A DNA stretch of 53,053 nt, taken from the IMG/VR virus record IMGVR_UViG_3300006919_000073, positions 1-53,053 of that record; one strand, 5' to 3'. Numbering within the stretch: position 1 is the first letter of the stretch; each line of letters starts with the position of its first letter. A model generated the notes under the pieces. That model did not search any database. It was not told where the DNA came from and worked only from the letters and a program-made list of their open reading frames with translations. Made by a program: the position numbers and the translations under genes. Shown here one piece after another: positions 37,645 to 46,803 of this stretch. Source of the stretch: a virus (Duplodnaviria; Caudoviricetes).

Positions 37645-39956
37645 TCTGAACTGCCCGCGCTTACACCGAGAATACCGCCAGCACCACCATCTAATACAAT
37701 GACACCCGACTGCCGAATCTGTTGCTCAGCCGTAAGTGCTCCTGTCTTCGTTTTCGATACTGGGGAAAGATCAATCGTTCGACCTGCAGCATTACGCGCA
37801 GGCACGTATGTTGGAGCCTGTCCTTGAGCACCCGTCCCAGGCTTGAACTTCATGCCCTGCACCCCCTTTACTGCGGGACCGCCAGTACCTTGTGGGAGCA
37901 TCTTTTGCCCCTGCCCTAAAAGCTTAGTCTCTTGCGCTACCGCTAAATTGAGCGCCGCCTCATCACCTGCTTGGAGAGCTGCTACGGCATCATCTCCTAA
38001 GCCCCGCCCAAGAGCTGCACTACCACGCGATACCGCAGCCGTACGAGCGGCAACAACTGCACTAGGTGCAATAAACTGACCTGCCAAACCATATGTTTGC
38101 TGGCGGTTCTGAAAGCGTGTTTGGAAGTCCGCGTCACCTGTATTGTAAGCCACGTAATCGCTGTAGGGGCTGTATCCGCCAACACCTACACGCTCAGTAC
38201 CAGACTCATCCGTAAACTTAAATGTACCCGGGTTAGCTGCAATCTCCATATAGATTGCGTCCATCTCGCGATCGTAACGCTTCTTATCTTGAGGGTCAAC
38301 AGAGGTAGTCGTATATGACTTACCCATATCACCCGCCATACGGTTGTATACCTTCTTAGGAGGCTTTACCCCGCGCTGTTCAGCTACCAGGTTTGCCACT
38401 TCTTTAAAGGACATACCCATACCGGATTGCAACTCAGATTCCTGCCCACCACCAATAGTCATTGAGACCATGGCGGCGTCCATATCCAAGCTCATATTTT
38501 GCTGAGTAGGATCTGCAAATACCGATGCGAAAAGAGACGCTCGGTCTCCATCCGTTGCTGGCCCATCTACATCATCCAAATACGGAATAGCATTGGACAA
38601 AGACTCTTGGATAGATTCTGGGCCTTTCCAGTCTTTGGCTCGAATGACATACTTGCCTTGGAAGCCAGAGCTACCAACACGACCGTATCCACCCTTTAAA
38701 CCGCCAAAAGCCTTATCCGGAACAATGACATTATAATCGCCAAACTCATTACGAGCATAGGTGATATTAGAACCGGGAATATTGTTGCCCGCCTCTGTCG
38801 CCTTAGCAGAGTTAAAGTCTAACCCAGCTAAGTCCATACCCTCTCTTTCTTGGTAGGCCTGAGGTGATGCTTGTGCAACTGGAGGTACTGCTTCTGCATT
38901 TTGCGCAAGTACAGCAGCCTTTTCTTGCTGCGCCTCAGGACTTAGCATAAAGTCCGGAGTATTCATTAAAGATGGGTCAGGAGCCGGAGTAGGTTGTGAT
39001 GCTGAAGCAGACGGTACAGCCTGTTGTGCAAACTGCTGCATTTTAGGCATTGCAGAGCTATACTGCCCATACTTCTCAGCCATCTTAGCAGGGTCTTGAG
39101 CAGTAGACTTTGGCAGCGTACCGCCAGATGCAACCACCGCATAGGTTCCATTAAGAACTTCTTGAATCTGCTCAGGAGTTGGATTGGGTGTACTAAGATC
39201 GAAATCCACATACCCCTCTACACCTTTACCGCTTTCCGCTGTAAAGTATGCAGCTGCCGCTCCAGCTACCTTGTCATCTAACAACAAATCAGGGTTATCA
39301 ACCAAGCGGTCATCTCCATATACCGCTTGACTAACCCGTCGGTAGTTATCCTTACCTGTTATTTGGACCAGCCCTCTACCTCTGTACTTGTAACCGTCCC
39401 CGTCAGCGCTATTACCCGCGACGTCATCGTAAACATAGTTGAAGAACTTTTCAGGATCTGCTTTAAGAGCATTGAGATCCTCGTCGGACATATCCGCAAA
39501 CTTTCTCTCGAAGCGGCTATTCAGTGTTCTAATACGTTCATTAGACGTATTAGCATAGTTCATTTCCTCGCGCGTACCAGAACCCCCGCTTTCTTTCTGG
39601 GTTACTGAAGCTACTGCCGCAGCAATCGCCGGACTCATACCGTACTCACTTGCAAGCGAATCAACCATAGCTTGCTGTGCTCCTGTCATACCGAACTCAC
39701 TAGCAACAGCGCCACTTGCACTACCGCCTAAGTTCATCTGTTGCACTGGCTGTGGCTGCTTGCCAACACGCATTTCCTCGTTCTTACCCTGCAAAGCTGC
39801 CAGAGCACTCTTGCCCTTTTTCATATTAAGCCGTGCACTATTGGCGAGCGGCCCTACAGGATAGCGGCGCAGAGTCTCCTCTTGCTTAGAGATATATGCC
39901 GCAAGCTGTTGAGCAACCTCGGCGGGCGTCATCATTTTTTTCTTCTTGCGACTCAT
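37488..39956 (-). CDS. internal virion protein with GH19 (chitinase/lysozyme-like) peptidoglycan hydrolase domain
   Basis: KESGG...EEMNY and GDGYKYRGRGLVQITGKDNY...LVDNPDLL, the GH19 phage lysin signature. Confidence 0.82.
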   Translation of the reverse strand: MSRKKKKMMTPAEVAQQLAAYISKQEETLRRYPVGPLANSARLNMKKGKSALAALQGKNEEMRVGKQPQPVQQMNLGGSASGAVASEFGMTGAQQAMVDSLASEYGMSPAIAAAVASVTQKESGGSGTREEMNYANTSNERIRTLNSRFERKFADMSDEDLNALKADPEKFFNYVYDDVAGNSADGDGYKYRGRGLVQITGKDNYRRVSQAVYGDDRLVDNPDLLLDDKVAGAAAAYFTAESGKGVEGYVDFDLSTPNPTPEQIQEVLNGTYAVVASGGTLPKSTAQDPAKMAEKYGQYSSAMPKMQQFAQQAVPSASASQPTPAPDPSLMNTPDFMLSPEAQQEKAAVLAQNAEAVPPVAQASPQAYQEREGMDLAGLDFNSAKATEAGNNIPGSNITYARNEFGDYNVIVPDKAFGGLKGGYGRVGSSGFQGKYVIRAKDWKGPESIQESLSNAIPYLDDVDGPATDGDRASLFASVFADPTQQNMSLDMDAAMVSMTIGGGQESELQSGMGMSFKEVANLVAEQRGVKPPKKVYNRMAGDMGKSYTTTSVDPQDKKRYDREMDAIYMEIAANPGTFKFTDESGTERVGVGGYSPYSDYVAYNTGDADFQTRFQNRQQTYGLAGQFIAPSAVVAARTAAVSRGSAALGRGLGDDAVAALQAGDEAALNLAVAQETKLLGQGQKMLPQGTGGPAVKGVQGMKFKPGTGAQGQAPTYVPARNAAGRTIDLSPVSKTKTGALTAEQQIRQSGVIVLDGGAGGILGVSAGSSECLQVVPEEKVDSLEGCNLEGCHYLAHVFLQYVTLDCKPHVKALLHLLQSTQ

Positions 39957-40996
39957 CGAATCATAGATAAAATTTCACTGGCATCGAAGCGCATTTCCGG
40001 CGCATCGCTAAATACATATGGGCTATCATGCTGTTGGCCCTGAGCATCTACAAACGGTTCTGTTGCACCTTTGGTTGGTACACCTCCCATTTCATGACTA
40101 GGACCGCTAGCACGGTACAAGTTTTTGCTAATACGATTATAGCCCCCTTGACCCATTGCCACTGGCGGATCGTTAGGCGAAGCTAAGATAACTTCATTCT
40201 TTTCAGTTTCATAGTCAGGCTGCCCCATAGGACCACCCATCCGCGCCATGTAGGAGTCTACCATCTGGCCTTGGTCGTCATACATGTTCTTGATCTGACG
40301 GCTGTACTCAAGGGTATTCTCTAAACGCAACTCGTTATTCTTTTTATCACGCTTGAGCTTTTCCCGTACAGCTTTCTGTTCTGCCGCTTTCTTCTTGTAT
40401 ACAGAGTATAGCGCTCCACCCACTATTGCGAAGGGAGCCACACCCGGAATCATAGAAGCATAAGGCAAGGCAGCTCCAGCCCCACTGAGGGCACCACTGG
40501 CGCCAGTCAGCAAGTCACCTCCTAGGTTTTCCTCATTAGCCCGGTCAGTATTGCCAATAGCTGTACCTAAAGCATTCAAGCCAGCAGATGCAGCTGCAAT
40601 TTTTGCTTGCCGCATATTAAACTGCTCCATCGCTTGAGGTACTTCCCCTGGAGCTAAGTCAGTCATATCTACTTGAGGTCCAACTAATCGTTCTAGCAAG
40701 CCCGGAGTCGCACTGCTCGTAGTACCTGGAGCAGCTCCCGGAAACTGTATGCTAGACTGTGGAGCAAACGGATTGAACTGCTGTTGCTGATAGGCAGCAT
40801 ACTCTTGGCCGAGCTGACCTGAGTAGTCTTGATACGGTCCTCCAAGATATTTCTTGTTTACTGCCGGCTCTGTTGTAAAGTTCTTAGGCCGCTTCTTTGC
40901 TTTAGGCTTGGCACGACGACGCCCATCTGGACCTGTACCTAACAATAGGTCAGTCAGATTACGTCGTTCACACCGGTGTCCATTAAATTTCTTCAT
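39953..40996 (-). CDS. crAss-like cargo/structural protein
   Basis: Gly/Ala hydrophobic segment plus ETEKNEVI...GPSHEMGGV...YVFSD, a motif I recall from crAss-like virion proteins. Confidence 0.6.
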   Translation of the reverse strand: MKKFNGHRCERRNLTDLLLGTGPDGRRRAKPKAKKRPKNFTTEPAVNKKYLGGPYQDYSGQLGQEYAAYQQQQFNPFAPQSSIQFPGAAPGTTSSATPGLLERLVGPQVDMTDLAPGEVPQAMEQFNMRQAKIAAASAGLNALGTAIGNTDRANEENLGGDLLTGASGALSGAGAALPYASMIPGVAPFAIVGGALYSVYKKKAAEQKAVREKLKRDKKNNELRLENTLEYSRQIKNMYDDQGQMVDSYMARMGGPMGQPDYETEKNEVILASPNDPPVAMGQGGYNRISKNLYRASGPSHEMGGVPTKGATEPFVDAQGQQHDSPYVFSDAPEMRFDASEILSMIR

Positions 40997-41124
40997 CCGC
41001 TACAGCTTTCGCAGTCATCAGGGTTTTCAATATTGCATGTAATCTCCCCGTTCTTAAGCTTGTCTTCCGACTTCTTAAGTTTTTCCGGGTCGAGAAAAGA
41101 GATGTCAAATTCTTCTTCTTTCAT
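40993..41124 (-). CDS. 43-aa peptide ending in a ribonucleotide-reductase-tail-like CxxC (not in ORF track)
   Basis: MKEEEFDISFLDPEKLKKSEDKLKNGEITCNIENPDDCESCSG*; ATGA-coupled to the next gene and fills the gap almost exactly. Confidence 0.7.
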   Translation of the reverse strand: MKEEEFDISFLDPEKLKKSEDKLKNGEITCNIENPDDCESCSG

Positions 41125-41128
41125 GAGA

Positions 41129-41434
41129 TTAGCATTTCCAACGTCGGCGAGCCTGACGAATACGTGAGTTAGGGTTATTACGAGTCTTTGCGCTTGAACG
41201 CTTGAGCTGTCCTAAAGATCGTGCACAATATGACTTGCGACGCTTGGCAGCCTTACTACCTTTTTTGACCGTACCAGTAACAGCTGTCTTAAGCTTACTG
41301 CCTGGGTTTGCCTTGCGATAGGCACGTACACCTTTTGCAGTCATTCCCGCACCTTTTTTGGTTGGGCGGTAGTTTGCTCCCTTGCCTTTGGTCGTTCGAC
41401 GAATAGGCGTTGATTTGCGGCGTTTTGTAGCCAT
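41129..41434 (-). CDS. small highly basic protein (DUF6321-like)
   Basis: GMTAKG...NPGSKLK...RRKSYCARS...NSR...ARRRWKC. Confidence 0.75.
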   Translation of the reverse strand: MATKRRKSTPIRRTTKGKGANYRPTKKGAGMTAKGVRAYRKANPGSKLKTAVTGTVKKGSKAAKRRKSYCARSLGQLKRSSAKTRNNPNSRIRQARRRWKC

Positions 41435-41640
41435 CACTTATCCATTTGATTGCGGGCGAGAAGAAGCTTGATTTCAGCCAAGTCAGTTGCAAGTTGTTCC
41501 AGAGAGCGTTCAATCTTCTTGTTGCCATTTTCCAAAGAATACACGCGACTAGTCAATTTGGTAACCTCTCCATGCAGTTTCACATAGACGCCTACCAAGC
41601 CAACAGCCAGCAGAATTAGTTCGTAGTCCGTAAGATCCAT
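41434..41640 (-). CDS. small membrane protein with coiled-coil
   Basis: One N-terminal TM helix followed by a heptad repeat. Confidence 0.65.
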   Translation of the reverse strand: MDLTDYELILLAVGLVGVYVKLHGEVTKLTSRVYSLENGNKKIERSLEQLATDLAEIKLLLARNQMDK

Positions 41641-41945
41641 TATCGTTTACGTTTCGTAGTTGTACGTTTTTTCCTACTCGTAGTGCGCTTTGCACCACGC
41701 TTGACCGGAGAAACACGTGTAGGCTTACCACCTGGATTGCCCTTACGGATCTTCTCACGAACCTTTCTGCGCTTCTCGCTTTTAGACATCTCTCCAGACG
41801 TCTTTGGGGTCTTGCTATTTACCCGCTTTGTTGGACGGCAGTACGGGTAGGGACGCTTTGATCCGCCCTTTGCCGACTTACGCCCACACGCTTTACCAGT
41901 GCGGACATCCTTCCACTCCTCTTTAAACCACCGACGCAAGCTCAT
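41640..41945 (-). CDS. small highly basic protein (DUF5872-like)
   Basis: LRRWFKEEWKDV..GKACGR...YPYCRP...KTP; Arg/Lys-rich tail. Confidence 0.75.
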   Translation of the reverse strand: MSLRRWFKEEWKDVRTGKACGRKSAKGGSKRPYPYCRPTKRVNSKTPKTSGEMSKSEKRRKVREKIRKGNPGGKPTRVSPVKRGAKRTTSRKKRTTTKRKR

Positions 41946-42166
41946 CGTCTGCGTGTTGTTCGGCGCGTCGTCTTACGAGTCGTGCTCTTTTTAGTAGTGG
42001 CTTTCTTCTTGCCCTTCTTGTAGCCAGACGCGGTTTTCTTTTTGCCCGAGCCATCTGGCTTAGTGCCTTTACAAACCTGCACAGCATACCCATTAGCATA
42101 CGCCGAAGGGTATACTTTATACTTGCGCTTAGCAGCTGCTTTGCCCCGGGCGCACAGCTTACCCAT
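41942..42166 (-). CDS. small highly basic protein
   Basis: CARGKAAAKRKYKVYPSAYANGYAVQVCKG plus a K/R/T-rich tail. Confidence 0.75.
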   Translation of the reverse strand: MGKLCARGKAAAKRKYKVYPSAYANGYAVQVCKGTKPDGSGKKKTASGYKKGKKKATTKKSTTRKTTRRTTRRR

Positions 42167-42396
42167 TACTTCCGGGTTTTACCGCCACGCTTCATCACGG
42201 GCTTCTTAGCAGCGCCGCCGTACATCTTAATATGTCCAGCAGCTTTCAAGGCGTTGATTAAAGCCGTAGGAGTCTTGCCCCCTTTCTTCATTTTAATCTG
42301 ACGCGTAGCTTCTGCCATCGCACCGCCGTAAGTCATCATAGGCCGCTTAGCAGCAGGCTTATTTTTACGCACAGGCTTTTTCTTGCCGTATCCCAT
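42166..42396 (-). CDS. small basic protein with MxxGG repeats
   Basis: MTYGG, MKKGG, KMYGG, MKRGG. Confidence 0.7.
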   Translation of the reverse strand: MGYGKKKPVRKNKPAAKRPMMTYGGAMAEATRQIKMKKGGKTPTALINALKAAGHIKMYGGAAKKPVMKRGGKTRK

Positions 42397-42456
42397 AGTA
42401 GTAAGTAATGTGAGAGCGCGTACTGAAATTCTATATCCTTAGCTACTTGTTCTCAA

Positions 42457-45400
42457 TTAGCGATAAGCCTTGCGCACCTTAGCATCTATGTCGTACAAAT
42501 ATAAACCAATTGTACTATCTGTAGTATTATCATAGCGAAGCCGCACTGTAGCATGGTTACCAGCAATACGACGCTGGTCAAACCAACTTTTGTCGTCATC
42601 AATATTTGTGTTGATCACGTCCCCCTCTTCATCAACGAACCGTAGAGTTCTGTCATCGACCAGGTCACGGAAATCATTCCACTTCCACATGGTGTCATCA
42701 CGGCGCAAGTTCGCAGTATGATCTAAGAGCCGGTCTTGAACCGCCCGGACCAATTGTGTCTCGCCGCTACATTGATAATCATTGTAGATGGTAGCATGCG
42801 TAAAGGTGCGGTCGTGGTCTACAAAGCCCAGCGTATCCTCATCGTGATCAAATGCTTTCGTATACCACTGGACACTACTAAACACAACACCCTGTGGATA
42901 CGATAGTACCGCATCAATATAAGAGTCGTATTTAATCGCATCAGGGCCTCCACCAATAAATCGGGTAAAGGGTTCTTGTAAGTCATTGTGACGAAATCCT
43001 ACCAACTCTGTCGTATCAGCAATCTGCCTACGGTTAAATGAATACAGCTCATTCTGAGTCCCAACCGCGCCGACCCAATTGTAGGTATGAAAACTTGTCC
43101 AGTTATTTAAGTCCAAGTTGTAGCTAAGCCACACATCCTTAGCCTTGGTACCTGATTGGTAATACGCAGGATCTTGGTTTTGTGAAGCATCATACGAAAA
43201 GTTTGGCAAGCTGCTGACATCCCACGTATTATCCCTAATGTGAAAAATCACCCGATTCCAGCGAGAGTCATATACAGACAGCACACCAGGATGATATCCA
43301 AAGACAGCCTCTGTATTCAGAGTAGTCTGATTAAGGTTGGTTAGCTTATTGAAGAAGTAGTCCCTCATGCCAAAAGCACTAATCTCTTGCAGCTTACCTC
43401 CGGCATACTGGAACACCTTGCCCATAGACGCATCTACATAGAAATACCCTGCCGGCGTAAGGATGCAGCTTAGCATATGCTGTGTGCCTCCATAACCATT
43501 AGGTGTGGGGATAACCTCTACAGGCACGGTACTGAAAATATCTCCAGTGCCAAACGCAATCTCACCAGCCGTAGTAGCAAACTTCTCTTTACCACGAGTC
43601 ACGTAAAGACTTTGCTCATGGTGAATCAGGAGCTTATCAATGTAGCTCTGCAAGTTTTGGATGCTCCCCCGGCTACGTGGCATTTCATAGCTATCAAAAG
43701 CAAGGAAGGTGCGGATATTGATATCCGGTTCGTCATTCGCTTGAGCCTGACTTCTATGGACCCGGTAGGGATAGGTGTTGGTATACGATTCTGTTGAGTC
43801 ATAAATACCCGGTTGGCGGAAATCATTAGACTTCAAGAACGTCACATCTACCGTGAAGTCATTGGTTTGATCTGGGGTTACCGGGCGGTCATTGCTACCT
43901 AAGTAATCGAATAAGCCCAACTTAGACTGGTCTGTGTCGATGTAGTACGGATTGGCTACCGTGTACATAGCAATATTGTGACCAATACGAATTGTGCCCG
44001 CTGTTGGATCAGGGGAGTACTTATCCGTGATATTACGACTATCATTTAACGGGTCAGCAGAATGGTGGTGCGTCCAGCCAGCCCAAGCCGTTGTACGATA
44101 TCGCATCTCGCTTACCGCCATATCTCCATTAACATGGAAGAAGCGAACCTTACCAACTTCAGTTACATTAGAATCAGTAGCTGCAATCAGATCTGCAATT
44201 TCTCCAGCATTAAGTTGTTGCGCATTATCGTACTGCGGCTCATCTAAAGTTCCCATTACAGGGGTACACGCTATCAGCTCTTGTGACGCGTATCCTTGGT
44301 ACACATCTTGACGAGCAACACAGAAGCTTGCAATAGGGGCAACACTAACCGGTGTTTCATTAGCGCTGGACTGGCTTGCGGTGTTGACACTGTAGATATT
44401 ATCTAACCAAAATCCTGATTTTGCAGACCGACTTTCACCTGTCCAGTTATTGATAAACTTGGCTTGGTAATAATCATACCCAGCAGCATTATTAGGGAAG
44501 TGCATATCCACACCCGTGATACTCTGGTCAATTTTAAAGTGCAAACATTCCTCGCCACCTCGGTTATCTATTTGTCGTTCGGAATCAATAATACCTGGCG
44601 ACAGATAATGCACGTCAGACACCGAACGTAAGCGCATGATTTCTGATGGGATGTGAAACGTAGCCGCAGACTTCATGTAATCGAAGTACATCAACCGATT
44701 ACGTATTTGCTCTGACTCAAAATTCCCGCCTTCCCACAACTCCCAAATATCAAAGTTGCTATCGGTGTCAACAATGAAATGCTGCCATTCTGAATTCGCT
44801 CCAGCAACTCCATCAAATGCTGTATAAGGTTCAGCCTGTTTGCCAATGATATGATCGAACCGGATGTAGTAGCGCCCCTCAGCTGGACTTACCCTTGGCT
44901 TTGCACGCATCATATCAAATGGGTGCATTCTGCCATAGTCCAGTATCATTTGGTTGAAAGCCGTAGTAGTCGCTAGAGCATCATCATTTGCCAGAGTCCT
45001 ACCGGTTACAGGATTTGTCCCACTTGGAGTACTGTTGTTGTTAATGGTATTAATACCATTTGTGGCTACGTGGTCTGTAAGGTTTTCACCTATAGCCTCA
45101 AGGCTGTAATGGTTATGAGCGCCATGAAACAACAAACTCTGCCCAAGAACTGTACTGTTATTGATTGTCCGCTTAGCGTGGTAGAACCGGACGCCCACAT
45201 AACCCTCAGGCATTGGAACATGCTCAAACTCTACCGCTAATGTGGGGCGATTACTTAGACTACTGAGATTTACACCTGTCTCACGATCTAACCATGCCTC
45301 TGTAGGCATCTTATGGTGACGAACCTTTTCGCCTGCCAGGGTGGTTTGGGTTATCGATATGAAACCTCCTCCACCGCCGTTATAAGAAAATCTTTTTTGA

Positions 45401-46803
45401 GCTGGGAAGTCGGAAGGATACGTCTCGTTTTGGTTTTCCCAAATACCCATACGACCCCGAGGTCTAGCGCCATCGCCAACATTATAATTGCCATTGACCT
45501 CACAAGTATCCCGGGCCATATAGTAATGCGTGTTGCCCGCCTCCTCATCAAACTTCAGGTAGTTTAACCTTCCATCTGCATACGCTGACATATTCGTAGC
45601 CAGAGTAGCAGTAGGGTCTACTGTTACAGTAGTATTTGCACCGAACAGGTGGGAGTCTGCTGCTTCTATTTCTAAGTTGATAGTTCCAGGTACCGGACGG
45701 CCTGGAATATGAAACGCTCTTGTTTCGCTACCATCACTACGCACCCATGCAACGTAAAATGCGTAAACCTCTCCCGGCATAAAGCGAAGACCTGCCGGAT
45801 ACTGCGTCTCATCCATCTCACGCCCTAAGCGTGTCGACCCATTTCCAGTCGGGCCATATGCCCAGATAGGTTCGATCCAATTTGCATATTGCTGCAAATC
45901 TTCCTCATCATGCTCTGTGACATTACCGAGGTAGAGACGGTTCTCATGAAAGGTCAGCGTTTTGGCAGAAGTATATACCTGAGGCTTAGCGGTAAGCTCT
46001 GCAACAGTAACCTCCCCATACGGATTAATGTTATCTACCAGTCGTGTCAAAGTACTGTTTCCCGCAGGAAAGCGCCTTTGAATCTTCGCCTCTAATGCGT
46101 TACCGGTAAAGGTTAACGAAGCAATCAAGATATATGGGTAGTCCGTGTCAATGTTGGACATCTCTACCTCGAACGTGCCCGCTTCTTCCTTTACTGGGAA
46201 AGGGCCAAACAACCCCTGCCATCCCGTACGACTACCATCTTCTTGCTCATAAGCTACACAGAAGAAGTGTGTACCAACAGGAAAGCCGCCGTTACCCGCG
46301 CCAACTTCAATATTTAAGTCAACCTGATTAAACTCTGGGAAGAGCTTATTGGTGGTCATGTCACTGTCGACATCAGACAAGTTCAGAATACGCAGCGGAT
46401 TCTCCCCATCAGTAAACACTACCTGTAGTTCTGCCGCAGCGTTTTGAAAGTGCGCCACCTTAAGAACTGTAGTATCGCTGAAGTTGAGATCGTTATCTTC
46501 TAGTACCAAAGTCGTCAAACCCGTACTAGCGGTATAACGGTAGATAGCACTTCCCTGACCAGCAGGTGAAGTGCTAGTGTATACAAAAAGCAAAAAGTCA
46601 TCCCCAGGCAAGGCGTGTGCTCCACACAGCGCTCTACCCCCAGCAATGCCTGTATCACCGGAACCCGCCAGCTTTTTGAGACCTGGCTCTTGCATAAGGG
46701 AGTCCAGCTCCTTACCGTAAATAAAATTCTGAGCACGACGGTATGTACCCTCCGGCATATTAGCCGAGGACACATCCTGGTTCATACCCTTGAGTGGCTT
46801 CAT
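42457..46803 (-). CDS. tail muzzle/stabilisation protein (P22 gp10-like)
   Basis: 1448 aa starting KGMNQDVS...Y..AQN, with FTDGENP.R.LN and NRLYLGN; typical crAss-like position downstream of the ring proteins. Confidence 0.78.
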   Translation of the reverse strand: MKPLKGMNQDVSSANMPEGTYRRAQNFIYGKELDSLMQEPGLKKLAGSGDTGIAGGRALCGAHALPGDDFLLFVYTSTSPAGQGSAIYRYTASTGLTTLVLEDNDLNFSDTTVLKVAHFQNAAAELQVVFTDGENPLRILNLSDVDSDMTTNKLFPEFNQVDLNIEVGAGNGGFPVGTHFFCVAYEQEDGSRTGWQGLFGPFPVKEEAGTFEVEMSNIDTDYPYILIASLTFTGNALEAKIQRRFPAGNSTLTRLVDNINPYGEVTVAELTAKPQVYTSAKTLTFHENRLYLGNVTEHDEEDLQQYANWIEPIWAYGPTGNGSTRLGREMDETQYPAGLRFMPGEVYAFYVAWVRSDGSETRAFHIPGRPVPGTINLEIEAADSHLFGANTTVTVDPTATLATNMSAYADGRLNYLKFDEEAGNTHYYMARDTCEVNGNYNVGDGARPRGRMGIWENQNETYPSDFPAQKRFSYNGGGGGFISITQTTLAGEKVRHHKMPTEAWLDRETGVNLSSLSNRPTLAVEFEHVPMPEGYVGVRFYHAKRTINNSTVLGQSLLFHGAHNHYSLEAIGENLTDHVATNGINTINNNSTPSGTNPVTGRTLANDDALATTTAFNQMILDYGRMHPFDMMRAKPRVSPAEGRYYIRFDHIIGKQAEPYTAFDGVAGANSEWQHFIVDTDSNFDIWELWEGGNFESEQIRNRLMYFDYMKSAATFHIPSEIMRLRSVSDVHYLSPGIIDSERQIDNRGGEECLHFKIDQSITGVDMHFPNNAAGYDYYQAKFINNWTGESRSAKSGFWLDNIYSVNTASQSSANETPVSVAPIASFCVARQDVYQGYASQELIACTPVMGTLDEPQYDNAQQLNAGEIADLIAATDSNVTEVGKVRFFHVNGDMAVSEMRYRTTAWAGWTHHHSADPLNDSRNITDKYSPDPTAGTIRIGHNIAMYTVANPYYIDTDQSKLGLFDYLGSNDRPVTPDQTNDFTVDVTFLKSNDFRQPGIYDSTESYTNTYPYRVHRSQAQANDEPDINIRTFLAFDSYEMPRSRGSIQNLQSYIDKLLIHHEQSLYVTRGKEKFATTAGEIAFGTGDIFSTVPVEVIPTPNGYGGTQHMLSCILTPAGYFYVDASMGKVFQYAGGKLQEISAFGMRDYFFNKLTNLNQTTLNTEAVFGYHPGVLSVYDSRWNRVIFHIRDNTWDVSSLPNFSYDASQNQDPAYYQSGTKAKDVWLSYNLDLNNWTSFHTYNWVGAVGTQNELYSFNRRQIADTTELVGFRHNDLQEPFTRFIGGGPDAIKYDSYIDAVLSYPQGVVFSSVQWYTKAFDHDEDTLGFVDHDRTFTHATIYNDYQCSGETQLVRAVQDRLLDHTANLRRDDTMWKWNDFRDLVDDRTLRFVDEEGDVINTNIDDDKSWFDQRRIAGNHATVRLRYDNTTDSTIGLYLYDIDAKVRKAYR

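Noticed and set aside
20083-39608. Numerous plus-strand ORFs of 60-276 aa opposite the virion genes
   Set aside because: They are antisense shadows of long minus-strand genes, with no recognisable motifs or coupling.
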